Source: Candidatus Uhrbacteria bacterium (GTDB lineage: Bacteria; Patescibacteriota; Patescibacteriia; JACQRZ01). From it: 64,000 nucleotides of DNA. Of the stretch, positions 8,802-18,731 are shown one piece after another (positions within the stretch are counted from its first letter, which is position 1; each line of letters begins with the position of its first letter). A model generated the notes under the pieces. The model had not been told where the DNA came from and searched no databases. It saw only the letters and a program-made list of their open reading frames with translations. The DNA lies in NCBI GenBank assembly GCA_016188385.1, contig JACPHV010000032.1, positions 5,174-69,173 of the forward strand, given 5' to 3'. The translations under genes were made by a program, and so were the position numbers.

Positions 8802-10675
8802 AGCGGATCAATATCATGCATAAAGCCATTCGGAAGCGAACGGAGAGTCTTGAGAAGCTCATCCGGCAAAAGATGCGATGGATGATAACTCATCTCAACC
8901 GTTATGACAAGCTCTTTGACATCTCTATTCTTTCTTTTCACTGCTATCTCGTTGATAGATATGCGCGGGCTCGTTGATTTTTGTACAATTGCCTCAAGCC
9001 GCGATTTTACTTCAGCGAACATTTCTTTCGTTACTTGTGCCCTGGAGGATTGAAATACGCGGATAATTCTTACATACGGCGGCTGCTTGCACTCTTTGCG
9101 CGCGACAAGCTCGTCTCGCGCGAATGTTTCAAAATCCATCTTTGCCAGTGTTTGAATAAACCGTGAATGCGGACGGAATGATTGAATAACGATATCCGCC
9201 TCCAAAGAAGCGGCAAGGCTCATGCAAGCAGCCGATGCTTGCCATTGACGTTCACACGCTCGTACGTCTTCCATCGATAGTACGGGGTCAGCGGCAACGA
9301 ACGCGAGCAAGCCAAAAGGAGAATGTGTTTGAACAGTATCGAGAAAGGAATACGCAGTTCCAATGGTAATGGAAAAAACTTCCCGTGACTGTTTGTTCAA
9401 CTTTGATGCCTCTCCGACTGATGAACGCGGAAACTGTTTTTTTATATAGGAGATAATCTTTTCTCTGCCAATGCCAGGGAATTTGTATTCGGATCCTTTG
9501 CACTGCGGGCATACCGCAGGCAGCTGTTGTGAAACGGAACAGGCGGAACATTCAAGGCAGGCGGTAGTCTGTGAATATCTCGGAAGGCGATCGCATGATA
9601 CGCAAGGGAACAGATAGGAACAGCTCGCGCACATAACTAAGCGGCTGTAGCCGCTGCCACGTACTACGAGATACGTTTTTTTTTGTTCTCGAATCGTTTG
9701 TTCTATCCGCGCGATAAGATGGTCGCTGATAAATGAATAATTTTCATTTCTCAATTCGTCGGTGAGGTTTACGACTGACGCATGGATCTGCGCGGGAATT
9801 TCTTGGCTTAAAAAAAATTGATTTCGCTGATGCCATTCCTCGAGGCGAGGCGCCGTGCTCGAAAAGCAGATTTGTGCGTTTTCGATAGATGCTTTTGCAA
9901 CCGCGACGATGCGGCCATCCACGCGAGGGTTGGAGTCATATTGTTTATGCTCGATACGTTCGGAATCATGCATGATCACATATCCCAGTGATGAACACGG
10001 CGCAAACACAAGCATTCTCGTCCCGATGCCTACGAGCGCGGTTCCATCCCGAAGCGCTTGCGCGTTTTTGCGGAATGCGGGCTTTCCAAGAGCGCTATGC
10101 ACAATCGCGAGACGCTCTCGAGTAATGCTTTGTGATAATTCGCGCGCGAGCTGATACACACTCGCAATCGTTGGACATAGGATGAGCGTTTGCATTCCTG
10201 CGATCGTATATTCTTGTATCGTCCGCCGATAATATTCGATGCGCTCGTCGCGGGAAGGCGAGTACGACAACACGGGTTGGAGGTTATTCGATCGTTTGTA
10301 ATCCGATTCCGCAGAACGCAACGAGTGAACATGCTCATCTTTGGCAATCCCGTATGTTCCGTACAGAAAAGGCGCCATCTGCAGCGCAGCCGCGTTCGGA
10401 GAAACCGCGTACCACGACGAGAGCCATTTGATCAGTTGCAGATCTTGGTATGAAATCGCGCATTTCGGTGGCATTACTTGTGTAATAGGCTTGAGCGCGC
10501 GCTGATCGCTCTCATGTATGTAATATACAATTCCCATCGTCTTTCTGTTGCGCAGCAATACCTCAACGATACCGCCTTCGCGTATTGTATTCTCGGCATC
10601 CGAAGGAATTGAATAATCAAAACCCTCCAGATGGGAGGGAAGACGTGTCAGAGGGATGATATACGCAGCTTTCAT
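8798..10675 (-). CDS. priA: Primosomal protein N' (PriA) homolog with degenerate Walker A/DExH motifs
   Basis: PriA-like N-terminus. HDSERIEHKQYDSNPRVDGRIVAV aligns to the PriA DEEHDSSYKQ...RDLAV block. The Cys-rich zinc region is CASCSY...CVSC...CLECSAC...CPQC. The canonical GSGKT position reads SRDER. Confidence 0.7.
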   Translation of the reverse strand: MKAAYIIPLTRLPSHLEGFDYSIPSDAENTIREGGIVEVLLRNRKTMGIVYYIHESDQRALKPITQVMPPKCAISYQDLQLIKWLSSWYAVSPNAAALQMAPFLYGTYGIAKDEHVHSLRSAESDYKRSNNLQPVLSYSPSRDERIEYYRRTIQEYTIAGMQTLILCPTIASVYQLARELSQSITRERLAIVHSALGKPAFRKNAQALRDGTALVGIGTRMLVFAPCSSLGYVIMHDSERIEHKQYDSNPRVDGRIVAVAKASIENAQICFSSTAPRLEEWHQRNQFFLSQEIPAQIHASVVNLTDELRNENYSFISDHLIARIEQTIREQKKTYLVVRGSGYSRLVMCASCSYLFPCVSCDRLPRYSQTTACLECSACSVSQQLPAVCPQCKGSEYKFPGIGREKIISYIKKQFPRSSVGEASKLNKQSREVFSITIGTAYSFLDTVQTHSPFGLLAFVAADPVLSMEDVRACERQWQASAACMSLAASLEADIVIQSFRPHSRFIQTLAKMDFETFARDELVARKECKQPPYVRIIRVFQSSRAQVTKEMFAEVKSRLEAIVQKSTSPRISINEIAVKRKNRDVKELVITVEMSYHPSHLLPDELLKTLRSLPNGFMHDIDPL

Positions 10676-10687
10676 TCCGTAATTACT

Positions 10688-11485
10688 TTATTCGAGGGAA
10701 TAATCCATGATGATATGCCCGACGCCGAACGGATTTTCATAAGATATGAATTTCGTCCGGTGTTGCATCGGCGTGATAATGCCCCAAAATAGGGCAAATG
10801 AAGGAAGTCCGCAGGCTCCGATTTCGTTGTAGCTTTCTGCCGGAAGATCTACCACCTTTTTTTCTCGTTTGCCCTTTATCCATTTTACGATTTGCTGTTC
10901 AAGCTCTACTCCTGTCGGATTGAATGGCAGAGGAGCATCGTGGGATAGGCAGTGTGCAAGGTCTCCTGACGCAAGACAGATGATTCGCTTTTCCGACTCT
11001 TGTAGTATTTTTTGGAACTGTTTACCATCCTCAAACAGAGCTGATAGTTGTTTTGTAGCAGGATGCACGACAAGTATTTTGCATCCGAGCCCTTTGGCTA
11101 GATATTCCAATGGTACTCCAACGCTGTATTCGAGCTTTTCGGAACCGGAATATGTGACCGCGATCCCTTCCTGAACCAGTTTGTCCTTGAGGCGGTCCGC
11201 CAAAATGGGATCAGGAGTGTACTCCGATCGCGCGGTAAGCTCGCCGAATTGTTCAAATGTCGCGCGATAGACAGGAGGGATATGAAATAGATATGAACTT
11301 TCATTGCGAGCCGTCTCATCGTGCGGGGCGATGACGATAAGAGTGTCGGGCTTGTATTCAAGTATTCTGCCGCGAATTTTTCCAAGGGCGGCAATGGTGC
11401 CATCCAGCTTGCCAACCGTCTTTTCTTTTACATGCGGGAGGAGTACGGGTGAATGCGGCACAATGCTTCCGTATACGAGCGTCAT
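10688..11485 (-). CDS. LigB-type (class III) extradiol dioxygenase / DODA-Memo-like family protein
   Basis: N-terminal VYGSIVPHSPVLLP and LIVIAPHD resemble the YgiD/LigB family HGSP...VVVSAHW pattern. Confidence 0.45.
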   Translation of the reverse strand: MTLVYGSIVPHSPVLLPHVKEKTVGKLDGTIAALGKIRGRILEYKPDTLIVIAPHDETARNESSYLFHIPPVYRATFEQFGELTARSEYTPDPILADRLKDKLVQEGIAVTYSGSEKLEYSVGVPLEYLAKGLGCKILVVHPATKQLSALFEDGKQFQKILQESEKRIICLASGDLAHCLSHDAPLPFNPTGVELEQQIVKWIKGKREKKVVDLPAESYNEIGACGLPSFALFWGIITPMQHRTKFISYENPFGVGHIIMDYSLE

Positions 11486-12918
11486 AGAGTTGCGTTTTTT
11501 CTTACTCCTAATACTGTCGTTGTCACCGGAGGCGTATATTCCTGATCGACAATGGTGCCAAGATCAACGGGGTTTCCTTCTTCATGCAAATCAAGCGTTC
11601 TGCCATTGGATCGTACGATCTGTCCCCATTGAAATCCAAGCGAGATAAATGCGTCCGCTGATAAGAATGGCCGCTTTTGCCCGTTTGAGATAATATAGAC
11701 CGTATGCGTCGCGGGGGTCGTGACGAGCGTGCCGTCATCGAATAGTACCGGAGCCCCATCAGGGAGTTTCTTCAACTCATGATCTTCCATGGGTGTAATG
11801 GAACGGTGTGCGAAATTCGCTTTGAGAACCGCTTTTTCCAGAATTGGCCTTTTTTTGCCGTTCTGCACATAGTATACCGCGCCTGTTCCGCGATGCTGTA
11901 TGAGATTTCCCATTGGATTGTCATCCGGCGCTTTGATATATCCGGCAAGAGGGATATCGATAAGATCGGCATCAGCGGCTTGTATGAGCTCTTCTGCTCG
12001 AAAACCGATTTTGCGAAAGATATCTTTCGATGCAATGCCATACCGTGTGTCATCGACATGGAGGAACACGGCGCCATTTGTTGCTTGCAACAGCGCATAC
12101 TGCGGGAATTTTACGGGAGCGCCCATGTCATAAGCATCAAGGGACGTTTGGTCTACATTCACAATGTTTTGTTCATCATACCTCGAGCGAAATACGCCGA
12201 TAGAGGAGAACAGGCGTCGTTTTCCGTTTTGAATGAGCCATACGTCAGGGTTGCTGGTTGATTTTACAATCATGCCGTCAGGAAATACTTTCGCGAAGTA
12301 TCGATTCCAGATTTTCCAAAAGCTGAAATTTCCGCGAAGATGAGGAGTGTAATTATAGAGCACTGCGGTTGCCCAATTGTTTGGAGTAATCGGATAGCCG
12401 TCAACCATCTGCATCTCGCCCGGATGAAAACGAAATTTCTGCGGTTCAAGCGTGTAATATTTTTTTCTCCACGCGGCTTTCTCAATTTGCGAGACGAATC
12501 CCTTATACGCGGCAACGATTGGGTCTGTTGCGGAGCATGAATCGCATCGAGCATACCCGGTTGCCCAATCAAAACTGTATTGACTCGGTTTTTTATTTTC
12601 GATAAGGCTTTGTTCCTTTTGAAGCAGTACGAGCAGTACTTTCGGGCTTATTCCGTGAGTCTTGGAGGCGCGCCAAATAATATCCGCAGCTCGTTTTGTG
12701 ACTCCGTCAATATCACGCGCAGTGTATGTCGCCAGCGCTGATTCTCGGCGTTCTAAAAATCGCTGGATGCTATCCGCGTCCATCGAGTTTGCATCAAAGA
12801 ATTCCTCATCAGAGAGAATCGCATTGGGTTGAAACGTAAGCGCAAAAGTCGTCTGCGCAGGAAGCAGAAACGAAAAAATGAGGATACCGATAATAATATG
12901 TCGTGCGATACGTTTCAT
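11482..12918 (-). CDS. Secreted protein with four degenerate ~50-aa repeats (aromatic-V-x-NGxKRxF...F..GF)
   Basis: Signal peptide MKRIARHIIIGILIFSFLLPAQTTFA. Repeats are DVWLIQNGKRRLF, GAVFLHVDDTRYGIA, GAVYYVQNGKKRPIL and HTVYIISNGQKRPFL. Confidence 0.55.
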   Translation of the reverse strand: MKRIARHIIIGILIFSFLLPAQTTFALTFQPNAILSDEEFFDANSMDADSIQRFLERRESALATYTARDIDGVTKRAADIIWRASKTHGISPKVLLVLLQKEQSLIENKKPSQYSFDWATGYARCDSCSATDPIVAAYKGFVSQIEKAAWRKKYYTLEPQKFRFHPGEMQMVDGYPITPNNWATAVLYNYTPHLRGNFSFWKIWNRYFAKVFPDGMIVKSTSNPDVWLIQNGKRRLFSSIGVFRSRYDEQNIVNVDQTSLDAYDMGAPVKFPQYALLQATNGAVFLHVDDTRYGIASKDIFRKIGFRAEELIQAADADLIDIPLAGYIKAPDDNPMGNLIQHRGTGAVYYVQNGKKRPILEKAVLKANFAHRSITPMEDHELKKLPDGAPVLFDDGTLVTTPATHTVYIISNGQKRPFLSADAFISLGFQWGQIVRSNGRTLDLHEEGNPVDLGTIVDQEYTPPVTTTVLGVRKNATL

Positions 12919-12933
12919 TGTACGGGTAGTATT

Positions 12934-12990
12934 TGAGACTGGATTACATTGAATCGGACATGACCGGGAAGCTATGTTCCACCAGCCTCA
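12934..12990. repeat. MITE-like element, compact copy (motif B only)
   Basis: TGAGACTGG...GACATGACCGGGAAGCTATG...CCAGCCTCA. It shares TIR ends and the TGACCGGGAAGCT core with the other copies. Lies in the 93-bp gap between two minus-strand genes. Confidence 0.5.
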
Positions 12991-13011
12991 ATTAAAACGC
13001 GGCTCACAAGC

Positions 13012-15657
13012 TTATACTGCTGATACAGCTTCGGATAGTTCTTGCGTTTGTATTCTGACATGTTCGCCGTCCGCGTCAATCGTTACGGTATCGCCCTCTT
13101 TGACAGATTTATTGATAAGCTGAAGCGAGAGCGGATTGAGAATAAGGCGCTGGATCGTACGTCGCAAGGGCCTTGCTCCATAGAGCTGGTCAAAACCGCG
13201 TTTTGCAAGCAGCTCGATTAACGACCGCGTAAACGCAATGGTTATCTCGCTTTGCGCGAGCCGTTGTTTCACTTGCTCAAGCTGGATGTCGATGATTTGG
13301 CAGATGTCGCTTTGCGATAGCGGGTGAAAGACAATGATTTCGCTGATGCGGTTTAAAAATTCCGGCTTAAAATGCTTCTTTAGCTGGTCATGGATCTTTT
13401 CCGACATCTCCTTTTCGTTGATAAGCGTCCGATCTTTGTCATCTTCCGAAAATCCGATACTGCCTTCTCGAATCATATCGCCACCCAGATTTGATGTCAT
13501 AATGATGATCGTATTTTTGAAATTCACCTTTCGTCCTTTGGCATCCGTCACGTTTCCGTCATCAAGGATTTGCAGAAGAGTGTTAAAAATCTCCGGATGG
13601 GCTTTCTCAATTTCATCAAACAATATGACACTGTAAGGTTTACGCCGCACTTTTTCCGTGAGTTGACCCCCTTCATCATACCCGACGTACCCCGGGGGAG
13701 AGCCGATCAAGCGAGAGACAGCGTGTTTTTCGCCGTATTCGCTCATATCAATTCTGACCAGCGCGTTTTCATCATTAAACATGAAACTCGCAAGACTCTT
13801 TGCAAGTTCAGTTTTTCCCACGCCCGTCGGGCCGATAAAAAGAAACGTTCCGATCGGCTGTCTTTCATCCGACAAGCCCGCGCGTGATCGACGCAATGCA
13901 TCCGCGACCGCCTGCACCGCTTCGTGCTGTCCGATCACTCGCTTCTGCAACACAGTTTCCGCTTTTTGCAATTTTTCCGCTTCGCTTTCCAAAATTTTTG
14001 ATGCCTGAATACCGGTCCAGCGCGCTATGACTCCGGCAATATCTTCTTCCGTCACCTCTTCTTTCAAGAATCGGTGTTTTTTTTGGAGGTTCGCAAGTTT
14101 CGAAGCTGTTTTTTTGAGCTCCTTTTCAAGCTCGGGTATTTTACCATAGCGGATTTCCGCTACGCGCGAGAGATCTACGCGGCGTTCCGCGATATCCGCT
14201 TCCTGCTTGAGGCGTTCAACCTGTTCTCGAATGGATCGAATCTGGGAGATCAATTCTTTTTCATTTTTCCAATCCATTTCCAATTTTCGCGCATCTTCCT
14301 GCAGCTCCGCTAATTCCTTTTCCAGCGCTTTAAGGCGAGCCTTTGATTTTTTGTCACCCTCTTTTTGCAGCGCCTGCTTTTCGATCTCAAGCGTAAGCAC
14401 GCGCCGTTTAAGATTATCAAGCTCTACCGGCTGGCTGTCGATCTGCAGACGTATCGCGCTTGTTGCTTCATCGATGAGGTCGATGGCCTTATCCGGAAGA
14501 AATCGATCAGAGATATAACGATGTGAAAGGTGCGCGGCAGCGACAATCGCCGCGTCAGTAATGCGCACTCCATGATGCACTTCGTACTTTTCTTTAATCC
14601 CGCGCAAGATCGCAATGGTGTTTTCCACGGTAGGTTCATTGACCAGGACAGGCTGGAATCGACGTTCGAACGCAGGGTCGCGTTCAATGTGTTTTTGGTA
14701 TTCTTTGAGCGTTGTTGCACCGATCGTTCGCAGCTCGCCTCGCGCCAATGCCGGTTTGAGCATATTGGAGGCGTCAATCGCTCCCTCGGCGCCACCCGCA
14801 CCGATCACGGTATGGAGTTCGTCGATGAATAGGATGATGTGTCCCGCTGACTGCGTGATTTCTTTAAGTACCGCTTTAAGGCGGTCTTCGAAATCGCCGC
14901 GGAATTTTGTGCCCGCTATGATCGATCCAAGGTCAAGCGACAGGATCTCTTTATCCTTAAGCGATTCAGGCACGTCACCGGACACTATGCGTTGCGCCAA
15001 CCCTTCTACGATTGCCGTCTTGCCGACACCGGCTTCGCCGATGAGTACCGGGTTATTTTTCGTCCTTCGTGAAAGCACTTGCATAACGCGCCGTATCTCC
15101 TCGTCGCGGCCGATGATCGGATCGAGTTTTTCTTGGCGCGCTTGATCCGTCAGATTAACAGCGTATTTGCTTAGCGCCTGATACTTGCTTTCCGGATCAG
15201 GGTCGGTGACGCGATGCGAGCCGCGAAGCTGCGCGAGGATTTTTAACACGATATCATAATTCACCTTGAATTCCGTCAGGACATCTTGTGCCATGGACGG
15301 AGTTTGAATCAATGAAAGGAAAAGGTGCTCGGTGCTGATATATTCATCACCGATTTTTTTTGCCTCTTTGCTCGCACTGTTGAGTACGAGCGCAAGTTCT
15401 TTTGAAATATAAATCTGACCAATTTGGCCGCCGGTAATACGCGGAAGGAATTGCAGCTCTTCCTCGACTCGCTGCTCAAGAAGATTTGCCGGTATTTCCA
15501 ATTTGTGCAGCAAACCCGACACTACGCTCTCCGGTTGGCGGATAAGCGACAAGAGTAAATGAAGAGGGGAGAGTTCCTGATGGTTGCGCTCGGCGGTGAG
15601 CATATGTGCCGCTTGGAGAGCTTCTTGCGCGCGAGTGGTGAAGTTATTATTGAGCAT
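13012..15657 (-). CDS. clpB: ATP-dependent chaperone ClpB
   Basis: Clp N-domain and two AAA modules ([18 protein letters not shown]; [15 protein letters not shown]) separated by a long coiled-coil middle domain. Confidence 0.92.
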   Translation of the reverse strand: MLNNNFTTRAQEALQAAHMLTAERNHQELSPLHLLLSLIRQPESVVSGLLHKLEIPANLLEQRVEEELQFLPRITGGQIGQIYISKELALVLNSASKEAKKIGDEYISTEHLFLSLIQTPSMAQDVLTEFKVNYDIVLKILAQLRGSHRVTDPDPESKYQALSKYAVNLTDQARQEKLDPIIGRDEEIRRVMQVLSRRTKNNPVLIGEAGVGKTAIVEGLAQRIVSGDVPESLKDKEILSLDLGSIIAGTKFRGDFEDRLKAVLKEITQSAGHIILFIDELHTVIGAGGAEGAIDASNMLKPALARGELRTIGATTLKEYQKHIERDPAFERRFQPVLVNEPTVENTIAILRGIKEKYEVHHGVRITDAAIVAAAHLSHRYISDRFLPDKAIDLIDEATSAIRLQIDSQPVELDNLKRRVLTLEIEKQALQKEGDKKSKARLKALEKELAELQEDARKLEMDWKNEKELISQIRSIREQVERLKQEADIAERRVDLSRVAEIRYGKIPELEKELKKTASKLANLQKKHRFLKEEVTEEDIAGVIARWTGIQASKILESEAEKLQKAETVLQKRVIGQHEAVQAVADALRRSRAGLSDERQPIGTFLFIGPTGVGKTELAKSLASFMFNDENALVRIDMSEYGEKHAVSRLIGSPPGYVGYDEGGQLTEKVRRKPYSVILFDEIEKAHPEIFNTLLQILDDGNVTDAKGRKVNFKNTIIIMTSNLGGDMIREGSIGFSEDDKDRTLINEKEMSEKIHDQLKKHFKPEFLNRISEIIVFHPLSQSDICQIIDIQLEQVKQRLAQSEITIAFTRSLIELLAKRGFDQLYGARPLRRTIQRLILNPLSLQLINKSVKEGDTVTIDADGEHVRIQTQELSEAVSAV

Positions 15658-15731
15658 ACGTTAAGGTGATATTACATACATAGTATAGCATAGTGAGTCC
15701 GATCTCGCGAGTACTTGCTACGTCTGATAAT

Positions 15732-15806
15732 TGAGACCGTAGCAAAATATCAGGCGTTACGAGTCTTCCGACTCCTTTCTCGGGAAGCTATTTTTTACAG
15801 TTTCAG
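15732..15806. repeat. MITE-like element, compact copy (motif A + motif B, internally deleted)
   Basis: TGAGACCGTAGCAAAATATCAGGCGTTAC-GAGTCTTCCGACTCCTTTC-TCGGGAAGCTATTTTTTACAGTTTCA. It matches the ends of the full element at 15909-16091 in opposite orientation. Confidence 0.55.
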
Positions 15807-15908
15807 TTTGTTTCTGTCTCAATTGGCAATCCGGATCATTGATTGCTAACATACCTTATCCTGATTGAATGTCAAGCCACGCGGAATTTCTTTTCAAATC
15901 AATCAATG

Positions 15909-16091
15909 TTGTCTAGAATGAGACTATAGAAAAATAGCTTCCCGGTCATTTCCGATTCAATTTCGTTCCAAAAAGGATGATGGACGCGAAGGAATACTGG
16001 AGTATTCCGACAAGTTCAGCGCCTTTTGGGGATGAAATTGGGCGGAAAGGAGCCGGAAGAAAGTAACGTCTGATATTTTGCTACAGTCTCA
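15909..16091. repeat. MITE-like element, full-length copy (reverse orientation)
   Basis: TIRs ATGAGACTATAGAAAAATA / TATTTTGCTACAGTCTCAT. The interior is near-identical to the reverse complement of the copy at 58844-59023 (AGCTTCCCGGTCATTTCCGATTCAATTTCGTTCCAAAAAGGATGAT...GGCGGAAAGGAGCCGGAAGAAA). Confidence 0.75.
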
Positions 16092-16101
16092 TACTACATC
16101 C

Positions 16102-16848
16102 ATGGATCACATACCTACTGTCACCATAGCAGGAGTGCGCGTAGATGATATTGAATTGGCGAGTCTTTATGATGTGCTCGAGAGCTGGCTGCAGGGTACC
16201 GGCAGAGTGCGTCATATCGTCACGGTGAATCCGGAATATATAATGGAAGCTCGGAAGAATAAGGCGTTCCGAAAGTGTCTCGAAAGATCCGCGCTTGCTC
16301 TTGCCGATGGGGTTGGAATCGTATACGCTGCTCGATATCTATACGGACAGAAGATTCAGCGCATCACCGGCGTGGACGCCGTTCTCACTCTTGCTGATCT
16401 TTGCGCGCGCGCAAGCAAAGGCATCTATCTTCTCGGCGCGGATACAGGAGTTGCGAAGCGAGCGGCCGACGAGCTGGAAAAAAGATTTCCGGGATTGCGC
16501 GTCTCCGGGTCCGAAGCGGGGCCGTTCAATCAGCCGGCGATTCTCGATCGAGATATATGTGAACGCATTACCACATCAGGAGCACATGTGTTGTTAGTGG
16601 CATTCGGTTCTCCAAAGCAGGACCTTTGGATCGCGCGTCACATGGATTTTTTGCCAGGTGTCAGGATCGCGATAGGCGTGGGCGGTACGTTTGACTACCT
16701 CGCGGGTGTGGTGCGGCGAGCGCCCGGCATCATCCGAACACTCGGATTTGAGTGGCTCTATCGGCTTATGCGACAACCGCACAGATGGCGCAGGATTTTT
16801 ACTGCCATCGCTCGTTTTCCCCTCACCGTTATTTTTTCTAAAAAATGA
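16102..16848 (+). CDS. WecB/TagA/CpsF-family glycosyltransferase
   Basis: VTVNPEYIMEARKNKAFRKCLERSALALADGVGIVYAARYL is typical of WecG/TagA. The ATG at 16102 is preferred over the TTG at 16078, which lies inside the repeat TIR. Confidence 0.75.
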   Translation: MDHIPTVTIAGVRVDDIELASLYDVLESWLQGTGRVRHIVTVNPEYIMEARKNKAFRKCLERSALALADGVGIVYAARYLYGQKIQRITGVDAVLTLADLCARASKGIYLLGADTGVAKRAADELEKRFPGLRVSGSEAGPFNQPAILDRDICERITTSGAHVLLVAFGSPKQDLWIARHMDFLPGVRIAIGVGGTFDYLAGVVRRAPGIIRTLGFEWLYRLMRQPHRWRRIFTAIARFPLTVIFSKK

Positions 16849-17252
16849 TTCTTTTTATCGATACGGCCCTGCGTGATGCATCCCTCATCATCTTGAAGGA
16901 TGGAGAAGATGAGTATATTCGGAAATTAACATCTGTGAATGTCCATCAGCCTGATGCCTTGCGCGAGATCGATCGTGTGTTCAAAAAAGCGCAATCGAAT
17001 CCGAAACGGCTTACCGGTATCGCCGTCGTGGTTGGCCCCGGGCAATTTTCTTCCTTGCGTACCGGTATCGCGATTGCCAATGCGTTTGGGTACGCATTGC
17101 GGATCCCCGTGGTGGGCATAGCAAAGGAAGATGCGGGTACAAGAAGCGAGTTTATCGCGGCCGGGCGATCAAAATTAAGAAGAAAAAAAACATTTTTTCC
17201 CATAATGCCTGAATATGGAAAAGAACCAAACATTACATCTCCAAAAAAATGA
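16845..17252 (+). CDS. tsaB: TsaB (YeaZ)-like t6A biosynthesis protein, short form (135 aa)
   Basis: MILFIDTA...AVVVGPGQFSSLRTGIAIANAFGYALRIPVVGI matches the TsaB GPGSFTGLRIG core. Only the N-terminal half is present. Confidence 0.6.
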   Translation: MILFIDTALRDASLIILKDGEDEYIRKLTSVNVHQPDALREIDRVFKKAQSNPKRLTGIAVVVGPGQFSSLRTGIAIANAFGYALRIPVVGIAKEDAGTRSEFIAAGRSKLRRKKTFFPIMPEYGKEPNITSPKK

Positions 17253-18508
17253 AAGACTTATTTGACACTGCGAAATCATTCAATGTACACGCGCCACTCG
17301 CAGATCGCATGCGCCCGCAGACGCTGGATGATATTGTCGGACAAGAGCATATTCTCGGTGAGGGCAAGGTGCTGCGTTCGTTAATCGAGAATGACGCGTT
17401 GCATTCGATCATATTATGGGGTCCGCCTGGAGTCGGTAAAACTACGATTGCGTCTGTCATCGCGCGTGTCACCGGCGCGCGATTCGTTTCAATCAGCGCG
17501 GTGAACACTGGATTGAAGGAGGCGCGGGAAATAATCGAGAGAGCGCGCGATACGCTCAAGCTCAACAAGAAGCGCACCATTTTGTTTATTGATGAGATAC
17601 ATCGTTTTAATAAGGCGCAGCAAGATGCGTTTCTGCCCGCGGTGGAAAACGGGACAATAGTGTTAATCGGCGCTACTACAGAAAATCCATCGTTTGAAGT
17701 GAACTCCGCGCTTCTTTCCCGATCACGCGTGTTTGTGCTTGAAGCGCATACCATGAAGTCGCTTTCAAACATTATTGACCGCGCGTTGTCGGATGCCGAG
17801 AATGGTCTCGGCGCGCAATCTATCCAAATCAGCGAAGATGAGCGCGCCACGCTTACCGCGCTTGCCAATGGTGACGCGCGTTCGCTTCTCAACATTTTTG
17901 ATATTGCTGTGCAGATCACGCCTATGGTGGAAGGCTTCAAACGTATTACAAAGGAGATACTTGAGCAAGCCGCGCATACCAAGCTGTTGCGATATGACGC
18001 GAAAGGGGAGGAACACTACAATGTGATTTCAGCATTGATAAAAAGTATGCGCAATTCTGATCCTGATGCTGCTCTTTATTGGCTTGCGCGCATGATAGAC
18101 GCGGGCGAGGACCCGCTCTTTATCGCTCGCCGCATGGTGATTTTCGCGTCTGAAGATGTAGGCCTGGCAGACGCGCAGGCATTGACATTGGCCGTATCCG
18201 CATTTCAGGCAGTACATGCTATCGGCATGCCGGAAGGCCGTATTATTCTTGGTCATACCGCGGCATATCTTGCTCGGGCGGCAAAAAACAATTCGGCATA
18301 TCGCGGCATCGAATCTGCGCTCGCTGACGCGAAGGAGTACGGAAATCTTTCCGTTCCGTTGCATCTTCGCAATGCCGTTACGGGCTTGATGAAGGATCTT
18401 GGTTACGGCAAAGGGTATCAGTACGCGCATGATCATGAAGATGCCCAAACAGATATGCAATGCCTGCCTGACGAACTTGCTGGCAAGAAATATCTCAAGA
18501 ATGATTGA
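17249..18508 (+). CDS. rarA: Replication-associated recombination protein A (AAA+ ATPase)
   Basis: DDIVGQEHILGEG...ILWGPPGVGKTTIASVIA; MgsA/RarA C-terminal domain. Confidence 0.9.
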   Translation: MKDLFDTAKSFNVHAPLADRMRPQTLDDIVGQEHILGEGKVLRSLIENDALHSIILWGPPGVGKTTIASVIARVTGARFVSISAVNTGLKEAREIIERARDTLKLNKKRTILFIDEIHRFNKAQQDAFLPAVENGTIVLIGATTENPSFEVNSALLSRSRVFVLEAHTMKSLSNIIDRALSDAENGLGAQSIQISEDERATLTALANGDARSLLNIFDIAVQITPMVEGFKRITKEILEQAAHTKLLRYDAKGEEHYNVISALIKSMRNSDPDAALYWLARMIDAGEDPLFIARRMVIFASEDVGLADAQALTLAVSAFQAVHAIGMPEGRIILGHTAAYLARAAKNNSAYRGIESALADAKEYGNLSVPLHLRNAVTGLMKDLGYGKGYQYAHDHEDAQTDMQCLPDELAGKKYLKND

Positions 18509-18552
18509 TCTGAAACAAATTGACACCTTTCCGCACAAGCCCTGTTTCATAA

Positions 18553-18650
18553 TGAGACTGTAGAAAAATAGCTTCCCGGTCATATTTGATCTCAAACGGC
18601 GCCAAAATGAGCCGGAAGAAAGTATCGCCTGATATTTTTCTATAGTCTCA
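18553..18650. repeat. MITE-like element, medium copy with perfect TIRs
   Basis: ATGAGACTGTAGAAAAATAGCTTCCCGGTCA...GAGCCGGAAGAAAG...TATTTTTCTATAGTCTCAAT. The terminal inverted repeat is a perfect 18 bp. Confidence 0.7.
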
Positions 18651-18669
18651 ATATATGCGGATTGTTTCC

Positions 18670-18712
18670 TTAATATAAAGACCGTTCACGGTAGTGACGG
18701 TCTTTATATTAA
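18670..18712 (+). terminator. 16-bp perfect stem-loop downstream of rarA
   Basis: TTAATATAAAGACCGT-tcacggtagtg-ACGGTCTTTATATTAA; no clear U-tract follows. Confidence 0.35.
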
Positions 18713-18731
18713 GTTATTCACAGAATAATGG

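Noticed and set aside
14615-15145. 176-aa plus-strand ORF and several other plus-strand ORFs inside clpB
   Set aside because: clpB on the minus strand is unambiguous (two AAA modules and a Clp N-domain). The plus-strand ORFs are Ser/Arg-rich antisense artefacts.
15658-16100. Possible CRISPR array or small ncRNA gene in the 440-bp clpB / GT intergenic region
   Set aside because: The repeats are inverted, not direct with unique spacers. The copies match dispersed elements elsewhere in the window, which is consistent with MITE-like repeats rather than CRISPR.
17233-17982. 249-aa minus-strand ORF antisense to rarA
   Set aside because: It lies entirely inside the strongly supported rarA CDS on the opposite strand. 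It is Ser/Arg/Cys-rich and low-complexity, typical of a spurious antisense ORF in GC-richer DNA.
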